This document shows, piece by piece, positions 44,877 to 53,823 of a DNA stretch of 64,000 nucleotides. Position 1 is the first letter of the stretch, and every line of letters begins with the position of its first letter. The notes beneath the pieces are model-generated. The model was not told the DNA's origin and did not search any database. It worked only from the letters and a program-made list of their open reading frames with translations. This DNA comes from an uncultured Clostridia bacterium. GTDB taxonomy: Bacteria > Bacillota > Clostridia > Oscillospirales > Butyricicoccaceae. The position numbers and the translations under genes were made by a program. The stretch spans positions 11,947 through 75,946 of the forward strand of contig CAJUJQ010000001.1 in assembly GCA_910586575.1 (NCBI GenBank), read 5' to 3'.

Positions 44877-45575
44877 ATGAGTGAGGCTGTGAATAATCCG
44901 CAGGAAATCCCAGCGCCCGCGCAGGATTCCATCGGCCAGACCGGCTCGATCACCGCGCATACCACAAGGGGCACCATCCACTGTATTACCATTATCGGGC
45001 AGATTGAGGGGCACATGGAGGCCCCCGCACAGACAAAAACCACAAAATACGAGCATATTATCCCGCAAATCACGGCAGTTGAGGAAATGGAGGATATCGA
45101 CGGGCTGCTGGTGCTCATCAACACGGTGGGCGGCGACGTGGAGGCCGGGCTTGCGATTGCCGAGCTGATTGCGGGCATGAAAAAGCCGACCGTCAGCCTG
45201 GTGCTGGGCGGCGGGCATTCGATTGGCGTGCCGCTGGCGGTCGCCGCGCGGAAGAGCTATATTGCCGCGTCAGCCGCCATGACCATCCACCCGGTACGGA
45301 TGAGCGGGGTGGTAATTGCCTCCCCCACCACCTATGAATATTTCCAGTCCATCCAAGACCGGATTGTCGGCTTTGTGACAGGGCATTCTCATATTTCCCG
45401 TGAATATTTCGAGCAGCTGATGATGGCAACCGGGCAGATGTCCACTGATATCGGCACGGTCATCGGCGGGAAGGAAGCCGTTGCATGCGGGCTGATCGAC
45501 GAGGTTGGGACACTGCACGACGCGCTGGAATCGCTGCACGAAATGATTCTCACGGAACGGAAAAAGAAACAATAA
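44877..45575 (+). CDS. tepA: TepA-like (ClpP-fold, SDH family) serine protease
   Basis: IHCITIIGQIEGH...KTTKYEHIIPQI...LINTVGGDVEAGLAIAELIAGMKKPTVSLVLGGGHSIGVPLAV...MTIHPVR closely resembles B. subtilis TepA. ATG 44877 lies behind GAAAGGAG. Confidence 0.8.
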   Translation: MSEAVNNPQEIPAPAQDSIGQTGSITAHTTRGTIHCITIIGQIEGHMEAPAQTKTTKYEHIIPQITAVEEMEDIDGLLVLINTVGGDVEAGLAIAELIAGMKKPTVSLVLGGGHSIGVPLAVAARKSYIAASAAMTIHPVRMSGVVIASPTTYEYFQSIQDRIVGFVTGHSHISREYFEQLMMATGQMSTDIGTVIGGKEAVACGLIDEVGTLHDALESLHEMILTERKKKQ

Positions 45576-45839
45576 TCTCTGGCCGCGCCCCCGGTTTGGC
45601 ACTATCGGTTATGCCCAAAATTGCGACAAGGTTTCGTTGATTCCGGGCCATTCCTTTGATAAAATAGGAATGAAAAAGGAAGATAAATGCGTGAGCGCCG
45701 GTCCCTGACAGCCCACTGCAAAGCCTGCCGTTGGCGCCCTCCGGGGCATTGCCTTACCGCCAGAGGTACGCCTTGCCCGGTGTGTTGTTTTCCCGGTTTC
45801 GCATATCCCCTTTGTGGAACAGAAAAAGGAGTGGTAAAC

Positions 45840-46997
45840 ATGAAGAACGCAATCCAATTCGGCGCAGGCAACATCGGCCGCGGCTTTATCGGCATGCTGC
45901 TCAGCCAGGCAGGCTACCACGTCATCTTTGCCGACGTGAACGAAACCATCATCGACCGTCTCAAAGCCGACAAGGGCTACACCGTCCATGTCATGGATAC
46001 GGAGGTCGAGGATGTCCCCATCACCAATGTGACCGGTATCCTGTCCAACGGCGACGAAATCGTCGATGAAATCGCAAAGGCTGATATCCTCACCACCGCA
46101 GTTGGCCTGCGTGTGCTCGGCTTTATCGCTCCCGCAATCGCGAAGGGTATCCAGAAGCGCTGCGCCGGCGGCGTGACCGCCCCCCTGAATATCATCGCCT
46201 GCGAGAACGCCATCCGTGCGACCTCTCAGCTGAAGGAACATGTTTACGGCAAGCTCTCCGACGCGGAGAAAGCGTACTGTGAGAAATACGTCGGCTTCGC
46301 TGACTGCTCGGTTGACCGGATCGTCCCGCCTGTCCGCACCGAAAACCCCGTCGATGTTGTTGTCGAGAAATACTGCGAGTGGAACGTCGAAAAGGCTTCG
46401 CTCAAAGGCGAAATCCCCAACATCCCCGGCATGAACCTTGCCGATAACCTGATGGCTTATATCCAGCGCAAGCTGTTCACCCTCAATACCGGCCACTGCA
46501 TCACCGCCTACAGCGGCGTGATGGCAGGCTATGACACCATCGACAAAACCATTGCCGACCCGCAGATTTATGAGCTTGTCAAGGGCGCCATGACACAGTC
46601 CGGCGATGGGCTTATCAAGAAATTCGGGTTCGACCGTGACGCGCATTATAAATATATCGATAAGATTATCAACCGCTTCAAAAACCCCTATTTGCAGGAT
46701 GACGTTGCCCGCGTCGGGCGCGAGCCGCTGCGCAAGCTGTCCGCCGACGACCGTCTCGTCAGCCCGCTTTCCACCGCGATGTCCTTCGGGCTGCCCGTCG
46801 ACCTGCTGATTCTCGGCATTGGCGCGGCCCTGCACTACAACAACCCAGAGGACGCGCAGAGCGTCGAGCTTCAGGAGAAAATCTCTGCCAAGGGCGTTTC
46901 CGGCGCGTTCGCCGAGGTGTCCGGCGTGACCGATTCCGCTGTGTTGGAACAGGTCGAAGCAGCATATAAGAAAGTGGAAAAATTATTTCAGAAATAA
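45840..46997 (+). CDS. mtlD: Mannitol-1-phosphate 5-dehydrogenase
   Basis: 385 aa. MKNAIQFGAGNIGRGFIG... Rossmann N-terminus and an MtlD-like remainder. ATG 45840 lies behind AAAAAGGAG. No mtlA, mtlF or mtlR nearby. Confidence 0.85.
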   Translation: MKNAIQFGAGNIGRGFIGMLLSQAGYHVIFADVNETIIDRLKADKGYTVHVMDTEVEDVPITNVTGILSNGDEIVDEIAKADILTTAVGLRVLGFIAPAIAKGIQKRCAGGVTAPLNIIACENAIRATSQLKEHVYGKLSDAEKAYCEKYVGFADCSVDRIVPPVRTENPVDVVVEKYCEWNVEKASLKGEIPNIPGMNLADNLMAYIQRKLFTLNTGHCITAYSGVMAGYDTIDKTIADPQIYELVKGAMTQSGDGLIKKFGFDRDAHYKYIDKIINRFKNPYLQDDVARVGREPLRKLSADDRLVSPLSTAMSFGLPVDLLILGIGAALHYNNPEDAQSVELQEKISAKGVSGAFAEVSGVTDSAVLEQVEAAYKKVEKLFQK

Positions 46998-46999
46998 GC

Positions 47000-47196
47000 T
47001 ATACTCGTGTGCGTTAAAGTTTGCCGTTCGGTTCGCCTGCGCGGACAGCGCCAGAGGGACTCATCCCTCTGGACTCCCTTTCTCCGCTGCGGCGGGAATT
47101 GGAGCGGCAATCATCGTTGCTGCACCTTGCCCTGCCCGCCAAACGGATGGCGGGCAGGGTGGGTGAATACGGCAAATCTTTTCATTCGCGAGTATA
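47000..47196. mobile_element. MITE-like repeat, family A, copy 2 (197 bp)
   Basis: Begins 3 nt after the mtlD stop. Same termini (TATACTCGTG...CGCGAGTATA) and sequence as 18117..18330, minus the 17-bp segment. Confidence 0.7.
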
Positions 47197-47568
47197 ATTT
47201 AAGCCCACTTCATATTTTGATTCCTTCAATCAATTTCCAATCATTCATTCCCCGCATGTGACTTCCCTTTTGCAAAAGCACCCGCCGGCATTCCCCACGC
47301 CGACGGGTGCTTTTTATCCGTTCGTTCCCATTTCCATGATCGGCGAGACGGTCAGCGTACCCTGTGCACCGAGCCGCACCGCGTACCCCAGAACCGCGCC
47401 CCGCGCGGCAATCCAAACCGCCGGCCACGGCGGCGGAAAAAGCCGCGACATGCGCGTGGCTTTTTTCACCTTACGCCTTTGCAAGTGACGCCCCACGGGC
47501 GGCGCGCAGACAAAGGCGCGAACCGCCGCAGCGGCCAAAGGCCGCTGCGGCGGAGTAAAATCTTCCTT

Positions 47569-47600
47569 AAAAAAATCCCCCCGAATCCTGATTCGGGGGG
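47569..47600 (-). terminator. Intrinsic terminator downstream of rpmB
   Basis: 10-bp stem CCCCCCGAAT/ATTCGGGGGG with a 4-nt loop. On the minus strand it is followed by T, then A, then a T7 run. Confidence 0.65.
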
Positions 47601-47669
47601 AAAGCGAGCGCGTCAGGCGCGAAGCGTCAATTCGGGGGGAAAGCAAGCGCGTCAGGCGCGAAGCGTCAA
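47592..47669. repeat. Tandem direct repeat, 2 x 39 bp
   Basis: TTCGGGGGGAAAGC(G/A)AGCGCGTCAGGCGCGAAGCGTCAA at 47592-47630 and 47631-47669. It overlaps the rpmB stop codon and shares the GCGCGTCAGGCGCG module with family C copy 2. Confidence 0.8.
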
Positions 47670-47854
47670 ATTGCTCTTTGAACTTTGCCGGATCGGAGGC
47701 ACCGAGTACAAACGTAGACATGGCACGGAGTACCATCGACTAAAGCCTTTACACGGCGGACGTTCGCTTTCCATGTCCGGTTGGAACGACGATGGGAGTG
47801 GGAAACCTTGATCCCAAAGCTGACACCCTTGCCGCAAATATCGCACTTTGCCAT
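47666..47854 (-). CDS. rpmB: 50S ribosomal protein L28
   Basis: 62 aa. MAKCDICGKGVSFGIKVSHSHRRSNRTWKANVRRVKALVDGTPCHVYVCTRCLRSGKV. Confidence 0.9.
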   Translation of the reverse strand: MAKCDICGKGVSFGIKVSHSHRRSNRTWKANVRRVKALVDGTPCHVYVCTRCLRSGKVQRAI

Positions 47855-47984
47855 TTTCCTGCACCTCCTTACTGTAAACGTTACGTAACAAATATCATAT
47901 TATCATATTTCGCCGGAAAATGCAAGCATAATCTTTCAAAAAAGATGAAAGGATATATTTTAGTCAAAATGTAGAACAGAAGGA

Positions 47985-48013
47985 TTGAAATACCGCGCGG
48001 ATTCGTTTATAAT
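47985..48013 (+). promoter_or_regulatory. Candidate sigma-A promoter of hprK
   Basis: TTGAAA (47985-47990), 17 nt spacer, TATAAT (48008-48013). Confidence 0.5.
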
Positions 48014-48052
48014 AGAGACATATTTATTAGTGGTAAGCAGGAGGAGCCCCCT

Positions 48053-48985
48053 ATGAAGTTAAAGGAATTCGGCGTACAGCTGGGCAGCCTGGTGCAGGAA
48101 TTTGGCCTGGAGGTCGTATACGCCCCCGAAAATTTTGAAAAAATAGAAATCACGAAGGACGATGTCAACCGTCCCGCCCTGCAATTGGCAGGCTATTTCG
48201 ATTACTTCGACCCCAGCCGCCTTCAGATTATCGGCAAGGTCGAAACCACCTACGTCGGGCAGTTTACCCCTGAACAGCGCCTCGCCGCGTTTGAAAAGCT
48301 GTTTTCTACCGGCATCCCCGCCCTCATCATTTCCCGCAATATCGATATTTACCCCGAATGCCTGGAAGCCGCGCAAAAACACCATATCCCGATTTTCCGT
48401 ACCAATGAATTTACCTCAACCATCATGAGCGCGATTATTGCCTCGCTTAAGGTTTCACTTGCCCCCATGATCCAGCTGCACGGCGTGCTCGTCGAAATCT
48501 ACGGCGAAGGCGTGCTCCTGCTCGGCGACTCCGGCGTCGGCAAGTCCGAAACCGCCATCGAGCTGGTGAAGCGCGGGCACCGCCTGATTGCCGACGACGC
48601 GGTCGAAATCAAGCGCGTTTCCGACAAAACCCTCGTCGGCACTGCCCCCGAGGTTATCCGCCACTTTATCGAGCTGCGCGGCATCGGCGTTATTGATGTG
48701 CGCCGCATCTTCGGTATGGGCGCGGTCAAGCTGACCGAGAAAATTGAGCTTGTCATCAACCTCGAAACCTGGGAAGAAGGCAAGATGTACGACCGCCTCG
48801 GCCTGGACGGGCAAACCACCAGCATCCTCGATATCGCCGTACCGTCGCTGACCATCCCGGTCAAGCCCGGACGCAACCTCGCGGTGATTATTGAGGTCGC
48901 CGCGATGAACAACCGCCATAAAAAGATGGGCTTCAACGCCGCGCAGGAGCTTCAGGAGCGTATGCTCAAGTCCTTCGGCGGATAA
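48053..48985 (+). CDS. hprK: HPr kinase/phosphorylase
   Basis: 310 aa. LHGVLVEIYGEGVLLLGDSGVGKSETAIELVKRGHRLIADD (P-loop) and IELRGIGVIDV. Confidence 0.9.
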   Translation: MKLKEFGVQLGSLVQEFGLEVVYAPENFEKIEITKDDVNRPALQLAGYFDYFDPSRLQIIGKVETTYVGQFTPEQRLAAFEKLFSTGIPALIISRNIDIYPECLEAAQKHHIPIFRTNEFTSTIMSAIIASLKVSLAPMIQLHGVLVEIYGEGVLLLGDSGVGKSETAIELVKRGHRLIADDAVEIKRVSDKTLVGTAPEVIRHFIELRGIGVIDVRRIFGMGAVKLTEKIELVINLETWEEGKMYDRLGLDGQTTSILDIAVPSLTIPVKPGRNLAVIIEVAAMNNRHKKMGFNAAQELQERMLKSFGG

Positions 48986-49013
48986 CCCAGCAAAGGAGCA
49001 TCAAAAATTACCC

Positions 49014-49748
49014 ATGCAGATTGTAGCAGATTTACACACGCATACCAATGTCACCACGCACGCCTATTCCAGCCTTTCGGAAATGGTGCACGCGGCGAAG
49101 GAAGCCGGGCTGCTCGCCCTCGCCATCACCAACCATGGCCCCGCAATGGACGACGGCGCGCATCAGTGGCACTTCGCAAACCTCAGCATTCTGCCCCGCG
49201 TGATTGACGGCGTTGTCGTCCTGCGCGGGATTGAATGCAATATCCTGCCGCCAATGGGCGCTGTTGACCAAATCGAATATAAGTATTATAAGGAGCTGGA
49301 ATATGTCATCGCGTCTTTTCATGACCCGATTTACAAGCCCGCATCCTTTGAGGCGCACACGGTCGCCATGGAAAACGTGCTGCGCGACCCCTTTATTACC
49401 ACGCTGGGGCACCCGGGCACGCCTTCCTTCAAGTTCGATTATGAGCGTATCATTTCCCAATGCAACGAATACGGCAAGATTGTGGAAATCAACAACAATT
49501 CCATCAACGTGCGGCGCGGCTGTCAGGAAAACTGCCTGGAAATCGCGCGGCTGTGCAAAAAATACGAGGTCCCGGTCGTTGTTTCCAGCGACGCGCATAT
49601 CACCTATCAGGTCGGCAAGTTCGATAACGCGCTTGCCATGCTGGAGGAGGCCGCGTTCCCGGAGGAACTGGTTGTCAATTCCAGCAAGGAGCGGCTTGCC
49701 GCGTACTTCCGTAAAATCCGTGGGCTGGAGCTGTTCCCGGAGGGATAA
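49014..49748 (+). CDS. PHP-domain phosphatase (YcdX-like)
   Basis: 244 aa. DLHTHTNVTTHAYS...AITNHGP...SFHD...GHPG...SSDAH reproduces the PHP metal-ligand His/Asp pattern. Confidence 0.8.
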   Translation: MQIVADLHTHTNVTTHAYSSLSEMVHAAKEAGLLALAITNHGPAMDDGAHQWHFANLSILPRVIDGVVVLRGIECNILPPMGAVDQIEYKYYKELEYVIASFHDPIYKPASFEAHTVAMENVLRDPFITTLGHPGTPSFKFDYERIISQCNEYGKIVEINNNSINVRRGCQENCLEIARLCKKYEVPVVVSSDAHITYQVGKFDNALAMLEEAAFPEELVVNSSKERLAAYFRKIRGLELFPEG

Positions 49749-49901
49749 GGAACTGTGAATCAATCAATTGTGACAAGCGTGCCGCAGATTCTTTTGCCAA
49801 ACAAGGCGCGTCTCCGCAGGCAGGCTGACGCCTGTCAAGGAAACCGGGCGCAGTATGGGAAGATGCAGGCGATTGCCGCAAGTTATTTTTGAACAGTTCC
49901 T
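49748..49901. mobile_element. MITE-like intergenic repeat, family B, copy 2 (154 bp)
   Basis: Starts on the last base of the PHP gene stop codon. TIRs AGGAACTGT (49748-49756) and ACAGTTCCT (49893-49901). About 90 % identical to 177..331. Confidence 0.6.
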
Positions 49902-50006
49902 AAAGGCAACAGCATACGGGCACGCCCGTCCGGGGGTGCAGGCTGGCACCCGGAAGGAGTCCGGGCAGGGCAAATCATGATACATGGCTAAGAGGAGGAC
50001 AAACAC

Positions 50007-50945
50007 ATGAAAATCGGCATTGATTTGGGCGGCACGAACCTGGTCGCGGCGCTCTGCAAGGAAAACGGCGAAATCGTCAGCAAACTGTCGGTACCTACCA
50101 AGGTCGGCGACCCGGAAGGGGTCAAGGCGGATATGAAAATGCTTGCCAAAAAGGTCTGTGACAACCGCGGCATCTCCTACAAGCATGTCACGAGCATCGG
50201 CCTTGGCGTACCCGGTTCGTTCATCAAGGAAACCTGTACCTTTGAGTTCGCAACCAACCTGCAAATGCGGAACGTATGCTTCGCGGAAGCGTTCAAGCCC
50301 GAGTTTGACGTGCCGGTCTATATCGACAACGACGGCAACTGTGCGGCGCTTGGCGAAGCCCTGCGCGGCGCGGGCACGGGCGCGCGCAACGTTGTAATGG
50401 TCACACTGGGCACGGGCGTCGGCGGCGGCCTGGTCATTGACGGCAAGCTGTATACCGGCTCGAACAATATCGCGGGCGAAATCGGCCATATGGTTATTGT
50501 CGCAGGCGGCGACCAGTGCAACTGTGGGCGGCGCGGCTGCATGGAGCGCTACTGCTCCGCAACCGCAATGATCCGCATGGCAAACGAAGCGATGGACGGC
50601 AGCGCCGACGAAAGCAGCCTGCGCGCGGTGCGCGAGCAGAGCGGCAAAATCACCGCGAAGGACGTTTGTGACGCGCGTGACGCGGGCGACGCGCTGGCGG
50701 AGCGTGTATTCGATAAATACTGCGATTACCTGGCCTGCGGGCTGGCGAACCTAATCAACATCCTTCAGCCGGACTGCATCGTGCTGGGCGGCGGCGTTTC
50801 CGGCTACGGCGAAAAACTCGCGGCCCCGGTACGCGAAAAGGTCGGCGCGGAGCAGTTCAAGGTCGGCGACAAGATGACCCCGGTCCATATTGCGACATTG
50901 GGCAATGACGCCGGGCTGATTGGCGCGGCAATGCTCAAGCGGTAA
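50007..50945 (+). CDS. glcK: ROK family glucokinase
   Basis: 312 aa. MKIGIDLGGTN, GEIGHM...CNCGRRGCMERYCS (ROK Zn motif) and LGGGVS. Confidence 0.85.
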   Translation: MKIGIDLGGTNLVAALCKENGEIVSKLSVPTKVGDPEGVKADMKMLAKKVCDNRGISYKHVTSIGLGVPGSFIKETCTFEFATNLQMRNVCFAEAFKPEFDVPVYIDNDGNCAALGEALRGAGTGARNVVMVTLGTGVGGGLVIDGKLYTGSNNIAGEIGHMVIVAGGDQCNCGRRGCMERYCSATAMIRMANEAMDGSADESSLRAVREQSGKITAKDVCDARDAGDALAERVFDKYCDYLACGLANLINILQPDCIVLGGGVSGYGEKLAAPVREKVGAEQFKVGDKMTPVHIATLGNDAGLIGAAMLKR

Positions 50946-50960
50946 TATCGATGAAACGGA

Positions 50961-50992
50961 CGCCGGGGGCAATCCCCGGCGCCCTTCTTTTT
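50961..50992 (+). terminator. Intrinsic terminator after glcK
   Basis: CGCCGGGG-GCAAT-CCCCGGCG stem-loop followed by CCCTTCTTTTT. Confidence 0.6.
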
Positions 50993-51089
50993 CGGGCAGA
51001 ACCCCGTTCTGCTGTTTCAGACATTGTGTTTACGCGATGCCGTCAGTGCTGCCGCAGCCAGGGCGGTTTCTTGGGAAAGGAGTGTACAT

Positions 51090-51512
51090 ATGAAAGTTTT
51101 AGTGATTGACGCGCAGGGCGGCGGGATTGGCAGGCAGGTCATTTCCGCCATCCGGCAAAGTGACGTTCAATCGGAAATTATCGCGGTCGGGACGAACACC
51201 ACCGCAACCTCCGCAATGCTGAAAGCGGGTGCGGACCACGGCGCGACGGGCGAAAATGCCGTTGTTGTCGGCGCGCGGAAAGCCGATGTTATCATTGGCC
51301 CGATTGGGATTGTGGTAGCGGATTCGATGTTTGGTGAGATTACCGCCGCGATGGCAAGGGCAGTCGGGCAAAGCAATGCAAAGCGGATTCTGATACCGGT
51401 CAGCCACTGCGACAATGTGATTGTAGGCGTTCGCGGCCTGAGCATGAAAGGCCTGGTCGATGAGGTCCTCACGGAATTAGCGCGCGGCAACGCAGGGGAG
51501 CAACGCATATAA
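51090..51512 (+). CDS. DUF3842-like protein
   Basis: 140 aa. MKVLVIDAQGGGIGRQVI...IAVGTNTTATSAMLKAGAD..GATGENA matches what I recall of the DUF3842 family. ATG 51090 lies behind GGAAAGGAG. Confidence 0.55.
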   Translation: MKVLVIDAQGGGIGRQVISAIRQSDVQSEIIAVGTNTTATSAMLKAGADHGATGENAVVVGARKADVIIGPIGIVVADSMFGEITAAMARAVGQSNAKRILIPVSHCDNVIVGVRGLSMKGLVDEVLTELARGNAGEQRI

Positions 51513-51642
51513 AAAGCTGTAATATTGACATATAGGAACGGCGCATAAGAGCTGCATGAGATTTGTCCCGTAAAATCTCATAACACGCTCTTTTGCGCCG
51601 TTTATTTTTCAGTTCACCGGGGAAACCCCTTTGGATTCCCGG

Positions 51643-52086
51643 TCAGACTTCAGGCACGCGCTTCTGCACCTCCGGCGGGACGGCAATCGGGCCGCACCCC
51701 GCGCACCTGGAACAGTCATGCATACAGTTCATGGGGTCGTCCGGATCCTCCTCCCGGCAGAGGGTGAGGACAGACGGGTCGCCCTGGCGCTCGCCAGTCA
51801 GGAACTTCGCAACAGCCTCCTCGCAGGAACCGGAAACCCCCGGCACCAGCAGCACGCCCAGCATTTCCAGCGCGTTGCGGGTGGAGATGCCCAGCCCGCC
51901 GCAAATCAGCACGTCAATCTGGTGCAGCCCAATCAGCTTGAGCATGGACGCCGAGCCAGTATCCGTACAGGGCAGCAGCTCCTTTGCGACCGGCTCCCCC
52001 CCTTCGGCGGTGACCATCAGGAAGCTTTTGCAGTCCGCCAGCGACTGCACCACCTGGCCGTTTTCATATGGGACAGCAATTCTCAT
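51643..52086 (-). CDS. NifB/NifX-family (dinitrogenase Fe-Mo cofactor biosynthesis-like) domain protein with Cys-rich tail
   Basis: 147 aa. MRIAVPYENGQV..FLMV...IDVLICGGLGISTRNALEMLGVLLVPG, plus the C-terminal CMHDCSRCAGCG. Confidence 0.6.
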   Translation of the reverse strand: MRIAVPYENGQVVQSLADCKSFLMVTAEGGEPVAKELLPCTDTGSASMLKLIGLHQIDVLICGGLGISTRNALEMLGVLLVPGVSGSCEEAVAKFLTGERQGDPSVLTLCREEDPDDPMNCMHDCSRCAGCGPIAVPPEVQKRVPEV

Positions 52087-52097
52087 GCCTGCCCCCT

Positions 52098-52919
52098 TTA
52101 ACCGCGCAGGGCTTCCAGCCCGGAAACCACGCCGCCCAGCGTGTCCGGCAGCTTCACACCCTCAATATTCCCCGCGTCAACCGCTTCGGACAGCCTGGGG
52201 TCAATCGGCAGGCGCGCCAGCACCGGCAAGCCGTATTCCGCCGCAACTTCGTCAATCCTGGATTGACCGAAAACATTGATTTTTTTGCCGCAGTCAGGGC
52301 ATTCCAGATAGCTGTAATTTTCAATCACGCCCAGAAGCGGGATATCCATCATTTTCGCCATCTTGACCGCCTTGCCGACAATCATCGAAACCAAATCCTG
52401 CGGCGAGGTCACCACTAGGATGCCGTCCACCGGCAGCGACTGGAACACCGTCAGCGGCACATCACCTGTGCCGGGCGGCATATCGACGAACATATAGTCC
52501 ACATCCTGCCAGACCACGTCCGACCAGAACTGCTTGACCGTTTCCGCAATAATCGGCCCGCGGTAAATCACCGGGTCGTCCGGATGCGCAAGCAGGAAAT
52601 TGATGGATACCATGTCAATGCCGGTTTCCGAGGTTTTCGGCAGGATGCCCTCCTCACTGGCTTCCAGCTGCCCGGTCACGCCGAAGGCCTTCGGGATGGA
52701 CGGGCCAGTGATATCGGCATCCAGGATTGCCGCGTGATAGCCCTTGCGGTTCATGGCAACCGCCAGCATGGAGGTAACAAGGCTCTTGCCGACGCCGCCC
52801 TTGCCGGAGACAACCCCGATAACCTTGTTGATAGAAGAATATTGGTTGGCCGCGACTTGCAGGCTCTGCGGTTCGCCGCAGCCGCCCGAGCAGCTGTCGC
52901 AGTTGTGGGAGCAGCCCAT
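52098..52919 (-). CDS. Mrp/NBP35/ApbC-family Fe-S cluster carrier ATPase
   Basis: MGCSHNCDSCSGGCG N-terminus, deviant Walker A VSGKGGVGKS, and a CPDCG motif near the C-terminus. The start is set at ATG 52919. Confidence 0.85.
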   Translation of the reverse strand: MGCSHNCDSCSGGCGEPQSLQVAANQYSSINKVIGVVSGKGGVGKSLVTSMLAVAMNRKGYHAAILDADITGPSIPKAFGVTGQLEASEEGILPKTSETGIDMVSINFLLAHPDDPVIYRGPIIAETVKQFWSDVVWQDVDYMFVDMPPGTGDVPLTVFQSLPVDGILVVTSPQDLVSMIVGKAVKMAKMMDIPLLGVIENYSYLECPDCGKKINVFGQSRIDEVAAEYGLPVLARLPIDPRLSEAVDAGNIEGVKLPDTLGGVVSGLEALRG

Positions 52920-53042
52920 TGGTAACACTTCCTTTTTTTCAATTAGCTCTAGTATACCGCATGACAAGGGATTTAGCAAGGGTTTCGCGCGAGAAAAAGC
53001 CGCCCCCCGCACCACAGCGCCAAAAGTTAGCCTTGACTACAT

Positions 53043-53072
53043 AATTCAGCCGCCCCTATAATATATTAAAAT
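53043..53072 (+). promoter_or_regulatory. Candidate sigma-A promoter of mntP
   Basis: TTGACT (53043-53048), 18 nt spacer, TATAAT (53067-53072). Confidence 0.5.
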
Positions 53073-53134
53073 GGATATGCAGACGGATTGGCGGCGGGCG
53101 TTTGCCGCTGCTTTCTTTGGAAGGGAGGACGCAT

Positions 53135-53695
53135 ATGCAGCTGCTTGAGCTGTTCCTGATTGGCACGGGCCTTGCGATGGACGCTTTCGCGGTCTCGGTC
53201 AGCAAGGGGCTTTCGGTGCGCCGCTACGCGGTCACGCAGTCACTTTGCTGCGGGCTGTGGTTCGGCGGCTTCCAGATGCTGATGCCGCTGGCAGGCTACC
53301 TGCTCGGCGTCGGCTTTGCGGGCTATGTACAGGCGGTCGCGCATTGGATTGCCTTTCTCCTGCTCGCGCTGATTGGCGGCAACATGATTCGCGAAGCCGT
53401 CTCCGGCGGGGAAGAAACGGTCAGCGCATCCTTTGCACCCCGGGCGATGCTGCCGCTGGCCGTCGCGACGGCGATTGATGCGCTGGCGGTCGGTGTGACC
53501 TTTGCCGCGCTCGGCACCAATATCCTGTCCGCAATCGCCATCATTGGCGGGGTTACCTTTGTGATTTCGGCGGCAGGCGTCAAAATCGGCTCGGTTTTCG
53601 GCGAACGCCATGCCGGCCAGGCGGGAATCCTGGGCGGGGCAATCCTCATCCTGATTGGCTTAAAGGTTGTTTTGGAGCATTACCGCATTTTTTAG
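53135..53695 (+). CDS. mntP: Manganese efflux pump MntP
   Basis: 186 aa. LAMDAFAVSVSKG ... ATAIDALAVGVTF: the duplicated DUF204 motif typical of MntP. ATG 53135 lies behind GGGAGG. Confidence 0.85.
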   Translation: MQLLELFLIGTGLAMDAFAVSVSKGLSVRRYAVTQSLCCGLWFGGFQMLMPLAGYLLGVGFAGYVQAVAHWIAFLLLALIGGNMIREAVSGGEETVSASFAPRAMLPLAVATAIDALAVGVTFAALGTNILSAIAIIGGVTFVISAAGVKIGSVFGERHAGQAGILGGAILILIGLKVVLEHYRIF

Positions 53696-53823
53696 CGTTT
53701 TTTTATATTTGCGCTTGCATCCCGCGCTTTTACGTAGTAAAATGAACAAGTAGTAAACATCCCGGAAACCGGGGTGGGAAAGTCAGGGAGGCTGCGGCCT
53801 CCTGTACGTAAAGGGGTAATTTT

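Noticed and set aside
53073-53134. Expected Mn2+ riboswitch in the mntP leader.
   Set aside because: The leader between the candidate -10 (53067-53072) and the ATG (53135) is only about 60 nt and lacks the GGGGAGUAG / GACAUA signatures.
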